Source of the DNA: Squalus acanthias
Lineage: Eukaryota
Assembly (NCBI GenBank): GCA_030390025.1
Contig: CM059431.1
Location: forward strand, 137,704,001-137,768,000
Reading direction: 5' to 3'
DNA: 64,000 nt
Part shown: one piece after another, positions 38,141 through 46,283 of the stretch
How the letters are laid out: each line of letters begins with the position of its first letter
How positions within the stretch are numbered: position 1 is the stretch's first letter
Program-made: the position numbers and the translations under genes
The notes under the pieces: model-generated
What the model was told of the DNA's origin: nothing
Seen by the model: the letters and a program-made list of their open reading frames with translations, nothing else
Database searches by the model: none

Positions 38141-39253
38141 CTAGAGCCCACGCAGCCTGCCTACCTGTGTCCTTTTAAAAGACACGCACAGGAGGGGGTC
38201 TCCTGTGAGGAGGCCAGGTTAAAAGAGCAGGCCCTGCGGGAGGAAAACGCCCGCTTAATAGGGAAAGTAGACGAGCTAGAAGGGCAGCTTAGAGAGCAGG
38301 CCTTACGGGAGCAGAACGCCCGCTTAATGGGGAAAATAGATGGGCTAGAAGGGCAGCTTAGAGAGATAAAAGCAGCCTGCAGGGTAGCCAGAAGCAGGAA
38401 GTATGAGGATTTTAACCAGTGCAAGCTGTATAAGCCGGGTGCACAAGGGCAAACCACAGGGGCCAAACCTGTGAGTAGGGACTCGCAGCCCCGGGTAGGG
38501 CCACAGGGCACACAGGCAGGCAAAGCAGCTGACATCAGGGGAGAGGACATCCTAGCAAAATGTAGGATCCTTTATTGGGGTTGGGAGTCAGATGAGGAAG
38601 AGTTCGAGGAGCTCGACCAAGATCGTGACACAAGCGAAGAGGAGCTGGAATCGGAGGACGAAAGGGTCGCCACCGATTCAGGTAAAGGGAAGATAGGGAC
38701 TGCAGATGGAGATCCACACAGGGTGGAGACAGAAGCTGCAGGTCCCGAACTCAGTGGGGCGGGGCTAGGGGAGGCGGAGCCAGCGGCTGTAGTGGGACCA
38801 CAGGACGTGGCAATGGAAGCCTCAGAACCCAGTTCGTCCGACTTGAACGTCTTGCCCTCGAGGGAGGTAGGGACTGCGAGTGAAGGTCCGCCTACTGGGC
38901 CAAGTAGGGCGGTGTCAGAGGCTGCAGATCCCGAGTTCAGGGAGGCGGATTCAGGGGAGGCGGAGCCAGCGACTGTGGTGGGACCACGGGTCGCCACGGT
39001 GGAAGTCTTGAAACCCGGTCCGTCAGTCCTGGAGTTCCTGCCCACGGTAGTTCCCCGTAGGTCAAGTCGGACACCCCAGCCCAGGATGATGTGGGTAAGT
39101 CCCCAGAGTGTCCCAAGGCGTAGGGTCAAGGCTAAGGCAGCCCAGGGAGATCCCAGTCCCAGCGCAGCAGCAACAGGCTGCGGCAGATCAAAGGGAGGGG
39201 TCAGCACCCTCCCACCGTTGGGAAAAGCTTGTGGCCGCCTTCACAGAATTTGA
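38141..39253 (+). CDS. Gag readthrough extension ('ORF X', 370 aa) in the pol position: duplicated Gag-like coiled coil, acidic repeats, basic tail
   Basis: Same frame as gag; I translated 38141-38326 with no stop, joining the listed ORF 38327-39253; gag stop context CAA-TGA-CTA-G. Confidence 0.72.
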   Translation, partial: LEPTQPAYLCPFKRHAQEGVSCEEARLKEQALREENARLIGKVDELEGQLREQALREQNARLMGKIDGLEGQLREIKAACRVARSRKYEDFNQCKLYKPGAQGQTTGAKPVSRDSQPRVGPQGTQAGKAADIRGEDILAKCRILYWGWESDEEEFEELDQDRDTSEEELESEDERVATDSGKGKIGTADGDPHRVETEAAGPELSGAGLGEAEPAAVVGPQDVAMEASEPSSSDLNVLPSREVGTASEGPPTGPSRAVSEAADPEFREADSGEAEPATVVGPRVATVEVLKPGPSVLEFLPTVVPRRSSRTPQPRMMWVSPQSVPRRRVKAKAAQGDPSPSAAATGCGRSKGGVSTLPPLGKACGRLHRI

Positions 39254-39482
39254 GTAGGCCGCCCTGGGAACGGGCGGCGCTGTACAGTTTATAAGATAAG
39301 TGATAAGTTTTAGTTTGGAAGTTTTGTAAGCTTTATATTAAATGTTAATAAGTAAAAGTAATGATGGGCGTTTAGATTAGGTTTAGTTAAAAGATCTATC
39401 CAGTGCACATGTCTTCTTACGTGAGGCGAGGTCAGGGGACCCGCTCACCCTTCACAAAAGCCAGAGACTCTTGGGAGGCTGG

Positions 39483-39506
39483 CTACCTCATTCTATCTGA
39501 TCACAG
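39483..39506 (+). promoter_or_regulatory. Candidate env splice acceptor
   Basis: CTACCTCATTCTATCTGATCACAG|G, 13 nt before the env ATG at 39520 (AGGATGG). Confidence 0.5.
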
Positions 39507-39519
39507 GAACCAAGGAAGG

Positions 39520-41945
39520 ATGGAACGGATTCTGGTAGAGCTCACGGCACTTGGATGTGGATTGGCCTATCGAGGCCGCACCAAGGATGTTGTGGTGTTT
39601 GGATGCTCCGGTGACACGGCCCCCATCGCGGTGGATGGGACCGGGAGAAGAGAGGCTGAGGAGACCGCCACTGATTTCCACAAGGGAAGGTGGCCAGGAT
39701 GGCTGGGAACGAATTCCACTGAGTATTCCAGTACATCGGGATTTGCCTACAAAGAGACTTCTTTAATGTGCCCCAAAGTGAGGATCATCGCACCCAGAGT
39801 CAGCGTCACCTTCGGCAAACGGATTTGTTTGACTTGTAATGGGAATGTCCCATTGAGCCGATGGTGGTGGCTATGAAAGCTGAGCAAAAACATGAGGAAA
39901 TCTTCGGTCGAGTGGGAGCGACTGGATAATAATACCCATCGGACAATTACGGGGACTGACGGACAATTGAAAGTCTGTTGGGACAAATGGTGGGAACCGG
40001 ATGAGGGAATTTATGTGTGTATGTGGGGGTCGAAGCACGTCTGCCCCAAAGGCATCTCCATATTTTTCATCAATCAGTGGCAGGATAATGGGAAAGGGAT
40101 GAGGTGGGATGCAAGCACCAGGGGGTGCGGGGCTCCATACTCTCCGATCCCGGTAAATGCCACTGAACTCATTACGCGCCCACACAAGGCCCCGCCCACA
40201 ATTCCGGTGGTTCTAGCTAAGGAAGAAGGGTGCCCTAAAACCAGTAAGGGACCCGGGAATGGTTTGGTACTGGTCCCTACAGACAAGCTACTGTTTCAGG
40301 GGGTACATTATGTGGTGGCTTCGGTGATTTTAAATCTCACCGAGATGCGGTTGCCAGAATGGTGCCCCAAAGAGACGGAACAATTGTACCAGGTCCTGTT
40401 GACCAAGATGTTTAGGCAATTTTATGAGTTCGATTTCGCGGAAATTGATAAAACGAGTTTGTACACCGCACCACATGAAGTTTTGGGCCAGGTGGGGAGG
40501 CAAAGAAGGGGTATTGTGAACGATATGTTCACCGCTTTTAATACAGGAACATCTGTGGTCAACGCTCTAGACAACGTGGAGCTGCAGACCCAGGTTAATG
40601 GTTTAAAAACACAATTAAAGAATATCCTCACCGACGAAAATAAGGTGGTTGGGTCTGGGTTACATGAGGACAAGGCCATGACTCTCCATTTGAAGGAAAA
40701 TATTGCTGAGCTGGAGAAACATGCGCGTACGGTAAATGCCCTGATTAGGGAAGATCGGAATGCATCCGATCAAGCTGCGCAGAACGAGGTGTGCGTACTA
40801 TACGGGGCGTGGTTACTGGGCGAGGGCCGCAGTAATTTAAAGGATTTAAAACAAGGTTTGGTCCCCTCCTGGATAAGTAACAAACACCTGCAGGTGCTCC
40901 ACCCTTTTCAGAATGCATTAAGTCCGTGCCAGCTCAGGCTAGCTTCAGAAGCATACCCAGTCCCCGTGGACTGCGGACGATCAAACCACACCATTATGGG
41001 TGTAGTTTTACGTATGCCGGTTTTGGGCGACACAGCAAAGACCGCCCCGGTATATCGGGTAGAGAACATTGGTGTTATTCAGGGGGGAGCCCACATTCGC
41101 TATGCAGCGGTTCCACCTTACGTCATCCGCTGGGAGCAAACGATGACAGGTACAGATCTCTCTGGTTGTCGTGGCAGGGGAGCACACATAATCCTGTGTC
41201 CCCAGCACTTTATTGCCTTTTTAGCACTACAGTGCGGGTTCAGAACGGCTGGCGCCAAGCCCATGAATTGCACCATGGAGGCAATGGCACAAGATCATGT
41301 GCCTCCGCAGGTAGCATACATCGGGGTGGAACATATTGTGTTACCACTGCAGCGCAACTCTACCAGCATGGAAAGCGTAGCCGGTGTCCGGTGAGTGACA
41401 GCAGTTTCTGTTTTAAACCCAGGGCTGAAGTTCAAGTGGCACAGCAGCGAATTGTCCCGATCCCTGAACCATCCACTGTTCATCTAACAGTAAAAGAGAA
41501 TTTTACCGACTTGCAGCGATTCGTCGCGCATTTCGGATACCTCATTCCCCCTCTCCCTGAACACCTCACCAAACTTTTGAAAGCCGTAGCGGTTTCGCAG
41601 AAACATTTTTATACCCTTGAGCAAAAGACCGTCGAGATAGGGTCAGAGATCCTAGACATAGTAATCCCGCCGTGGTGGGATCTGTTCACCAACATTGAAG
41701 TGCCTTCCTGGATTAGAATAGCCTCCCACATTTTAGTTCTATGCCAGGTAATAATTGTAGTGTACCTATTGGTCGTGCATTGCAAGAGGGGCAAGCGCCT
41801 CACCAAACAGGAAAACACGGGAGAGTGGCGAGAGCGTTACGTGCGCGTGCACGAAGAAAGCGCCTGCGTAAATGACCAGAGTGACGTCACTCCAGTTTTT
41901 TCATGTGTGTCTCGAATTTGTTTACGGATTGTTATTTTTTCTTAG
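39520..41945 (+). pseudogene. env: env: signal peptide, Ig-like domain, F-type class I fusion glycoprotein, TM anchor (~808 aa reconstructed); one in-frame stop (39874) and one frameshift (~41323-41326)
   Basis: ORFs 39403 and 39892 share a frame; furin site RQRR|GIVNDMFTAFNTG at 40498-40510; heptad repeat; Cys-rich middle; TM IASHILVLCQVIIVVYLLVVHC; 8 N-x-S/T sequons. Confidence 0.87.
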
Positions 41946-42306
41946 AACCTGTAATTAAGTTTGGAACTCTATATGTTTAAGAGTTGTTTTAATTGTTTTG
42001 TTTTGGTGTTGTTGAATTATGGTTGTTTGATTGTTTGGTTTTTCTTTTCCTTGAATAAAAAAATAAACACATGCATATACAGGTGGTGCAAGAGGCATCG
42101 GCCTGTCACACATGGAGGACAAACACGCGGTGTAAGTTAAAGGCAGATGCTGCCTACGGTTATAAGAATGTAATTTTTCCCTGGGAAATAAGGACGACAC
42201 GGAGACCCTAGATAGTTTTAAGTTAAGGGAGTATTTGGATATGGAGAATCGAGATAATATTGCTCACCACAATGTTTTTGATATGATAAGCGGAGTTATT
42301 CGCATC

Positions 42307-42318
42307 AACAGGAGGGAC
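42307..42318 (+). promoter_or_regulatory. Polypurine tract
   Basis: AACAGGAGGGAC immediately before the TG of the 3' LTR. Confidence 0.7.
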
Positions 42319-43901
42319 TGTAGAATTCGCATAATTATCGCGATTTTATAATAACGAGAAGGAGACATAAAGTTTCGTATGAACAGCTTTATTTCAGCAG
42401 AATGCTGTCATGTTTCAAAAGGGACACAAGCAGCCTGTAAAATGGCCGCCACGCCTCGTGGCAGAAGGTTCTAGACTTTCAGTAGGCAGACAAGATGGCG
42501 TTTCATTAAACATTTCAGCAAGATCGGACAGGACTCAGCACATTGGAGATAATGACAAGACGCGATGGGTTTGCATTTTAAACATAAATACTGGAATCGG
42601 TTTTCCAGGTCTATTGTACTGGGCGATCAAGGACCCATCCAAAGATATTGATATGCGAATTCCCCACGGCTCTAGGATGAGAGAGCCGTTCGCGGTGACT
42701 TACAGAAAGCATTTGGAAGCCCCAAAACCCCTCCAGGGAGACTCCTAGGCGGTTCCACAATGGGATAAATATTAACGGGTACTCCGACAGTTACAAGCAT
42801 CACCGAGACCGATTAACGACAAGTACCACCCCATACAAGAAGTTTGAGCGCCAAAACATGACAATAGATGGACATTAAGATTTGGGGAGAGATAAGGAAT
42901 TACAGTACTATAAACTGTAGTGTCCAAACGTCCATCTTTCTCTTATCCTCTGGCTGTTCATCGTGCTCTTAGTCTTTACCACCGACTGGAGCTCCGGACT
43001 CTCATTCTCTGATCCGCTGATTTTCCGGGAGACAACCTCGTGGCTTGCCGCGAAGATCTGTGGAGAACTGGTCTGCGAAGGCCAGTAAAACGGGCGCACC
43101 ATCCCGAGAAGTCGGTAAACGGTGTTGGAAACGAAGGCCCGAGAGGAGATGAGATGAGATGAGACGAGATGAGAAGAGAAGAAGACGACAACACGTATCG
43201 CCACGGTCAGTAAGCCCCGACCGCGCCTGTAAATCGATTAGACTCTTCTTCGAGTTCTACCGAACCGGTGTAGGGCACAGGAAGACTCTTTTTCGAGTGG
43301 TGTCCGAACTCCGAGGTCAACACAGATCTTCATGACAGCAGACGGTCCAGCCTGCTAGCCGGAGCAAAGCGAGTAAACAAGTGGGTTACAGAGACCCCAG
43401 ATCAACACGTGAATAGCCAGGTGTTGCCGAGCAGCGTTTCGGAATTCTCCGAGTTATCACGAGTGGTGAGCATGAGTCTCGATCCTACAAATCTAGATTA
43501 GGACAGGTATTGATAGGGGAGGGTTTATGTTTTAAGGATAATTATAATGTGTGTCCCCTTTTACGATGTGTCGTGCGCTCCTCGTTTCCCTAAACCTAGT
43601 TGCATAAATGTGTGTAAGTTTGTACTGTCAGTAATCTGTGCTTATGACATGTATTTCGTAATCTTGAATAATATGCAATAAAGATTTTCCATTTCGCACT
43701 GTTCAACTGGGTCTACCTGAGTTTTTCTCTACATTATTGTTCTCGCACCTAAGTCCAGTGTCAGAACCGTAAGGGCGAGTGGGTCGAACCACTCACAGGT
43801 GTCTAGTGCTACCAGGCTGGCTGGAGACCAGAATAGGCAACAAGGCCTAACCCCGCACTAGCACCCAGGCTAAGCACAGAGCCACGGCGAAACCCCTTAC
43901 A
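42319..43901 (+). repeat. 3' LTR (1583 bp)
   Basis: TGTAGAATTCGC...CCCCTTACA followed by TSD CAAC (43902-43905). Confidence 0.96.
43677..43682 (+). terminator. Candidate LTR polyadenylation signal
   Basis: AATAAA (36089-36094 in the 5' LTR) followed by GT/T-rich sequence. Confidence 0.55.
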
Positions 43902-45870
43902 CAACCTATTCTATGATTACTAGCGTTCACTCTCCTCAAAAATTACTGTCGGTGAAGCTATCTAACATTGCATGTAGTAACCATACTGTAATATTACTGG
44001 TGGGGGCTCTACGCTAATATTATTGGTAGTGATTCTACTCTAACATTAATGATGGTGACCCTAATCTAACATTAATGGTGGTGACGCTAATCTAAAATTA
44101 CTGGTGTTGACCTTGCGCTACCATGAATTGTGGACACCCTACTCTAACATTACTGGTGGTGACCCTACTCTCTCATTACTGGTGGTGACTCTACTCTAAC
44201 ATTACTGGTGATGACCCTAATCAAACATTAATGCTGGATACCATATTCTAACATTACCGTTGGTGAATCAAATCTAACATTACTGGTGGTGACACTACTG
44301 TAACATTTCTGGTGGTGTATATACTCGAACATTACCGGTGGTGACCCTACTCTAACGTTACTGGTCTTTGGTCCTACTCTAACCTTAATGGTGCTGACAC
44401 TACTCTACGATTATTGTGGTCAACCTACTCTATGATATCTAGCGGTCACCCTACTCAAAAATTACTGGCGGTGAAGCTATCTAACATTACATGTAGTAAC
44501 CATACTGTAATATTACTGGTAGGGGCTCTACGCTTATATTATTGGTAGTGATTCTACTCTAACATTAATGGTGGTGACCCTACACTAACATTAATGGTGG
44601 TGAAACTAATCTAAAATTACTGGTGGTGACCTTGCGCTATCATGAATTGTGGAGACCCTACTCTAACATTACTGGTGGTGACTCTACTCTAACATCACTG
44701 GAGGTGACCCTAATCAAACATTAATGCTGGATACCATATTCTAACATTACCGTTGGTGAATCAAATCTAACATTACTGGTGGTGACACTACTGTAACATT
44801 TCTGGTGATGTATATACTCGAACATTACCGGTGGTGACCCTACTCTAACATTATTGGTGGTGACTCTACTATAACATTACTGGTGGTGGCCCTACTCTGA
44901 AATTACTGGTGGTAACTCTACTCTAACATTACTGGTGGTGACTCTACTCGAACATTACTGCTGGTGACCCTACTCTAACATTACTGGTGGTGATCATACT
45001 CTAACATTATTGGTGGTGACCCTACTCTAACATTACTGGTGGTGACCATACTCTAACATTAATGCTGGTGACCCTAATCTAAAATTACTGGTGGTGACCT
45101 TGCGCTATCATGACTTGTGGAGACTCTTCTCTAACATTAAGGTGGTGAACCTAATCTAACATTAATGGAGGTGCCATTAATCTATCATTAGTGATGGTGA
45201 CCCTACTCTCACATTACTGGTGGTGACTCTACTCTAACATTACTGGTGGTGACCCTAATCAGACATTAATGCTGGATACTTACTCTAACATTACAGTTAG
45301 TGACTCAAATCTAACATTACTGGTGGTAACACTACTGTAACATTGCTGGTGGTGTACATACTCGAACATTACTGGTGGTGATTCTTCTCTAATATTACTG
45401 GTGGTGACTCTACTATAACATAACTGGTTGTGACCCTACTCTGACATTACTTTTGGTAACTCTCCTCTATTATTACTGGTGGTGACTCTACTCTAACATT
45501 ACAGGTGGTGACCCTTCACTAACATAACTGGTGTTGACCCTATTCTAACATTAATGGCGGTGACCCTACTCTAACATTACTGATGGTGACCCTACACTAA
45601 CGTTACTGGTGGTCACACTACTCTAACATTAGTGGAGGTGACGCTACTCTAACATTACTGGTGGTGACAGTACTCTATCATTACTGGTGGTGACACCAAA
45701 CTAACATTACTGGTGGTAACCCTACACTAACATTACTGGTGCTGACCCTACTCCAACATTACTGGTGTTGACTCTACTCTAACATTAATGGTGGTGACCC
45801 TACTATAACTTTACTGTTGGTGACCCTACTTTAACATTACCGGTGGTGAATCTACTATAACATTACTAGT

Positions 45871-46283
45871 GGGCATAATCTTATAATAAGGGGATGCTCT
45901 TTCAAAACTGAGATGAGGAGAAACTTCTTCACTAAGAGGGTAGTAAGTCTGTGGAATTTGCTGCCCCAGGAAGCTGTGGAAGCTACATCATTAAATAAAT
46001 TTAAAACAGAAATAAACAGTTTCCTAGAAGTAAAGGGAATTAGGGGTTACGGGGAGCGGGCAGGACATTGGACATGAGGCTGAGTTCGGATCGGTCAAGG
46101 TCCTGTGGGTGGCGGAGCGGGCCCAGGGGCTGAGTGGCCGGGTCCTGCTCCGACTTCTTGTGTTCTTTAGATTTGAGGTTATGATCAGATCAGCCATGAT
46201 CTTATTGAGTGGTGGAGCAGTCTCGTTGGGCCGATTGGTCTACTCCTGCTCCTATTTCTTATGTTCTTATGTTCTTATGTTCT
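45871..46283 (+). mobile_element. 5'-truncated CR1 3' end in the satellite, copy A
   Basis: FKTEMRRNFFT coding end and (TTCTTATG)n tail; flanked by TAACATTACTAGTGG on both sides. Confidence 0.9.

Larger units (their letters stand above)
34736..43901 (+). mobile_element. Full-length pol-less endogenous retrovirus-like LTR element (LTR-PBS-gag-readthrough ORF-env-PPT-LTR), lokiretrovirus-like by env type
   Basis: Two ~1.58-kb direct repeats with TGTA...TACA ends, PBS, PPT, 4-bp TSD (TAAC/CAAC), CCHC gag, fusion glycoprotein; no RT/IN/PR motifs in the 6.0-kb interior. Confidence 0.93.

Noticed and set aside
36802..41818. Antisense and alternate-frame ORFs inside gag, X and env (e.g. 38572-39207, 211 aa)
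   Set aside because: Expected shadows of GC-rich coding sequence; no motifs; ORF 40926 is real only after ~41326
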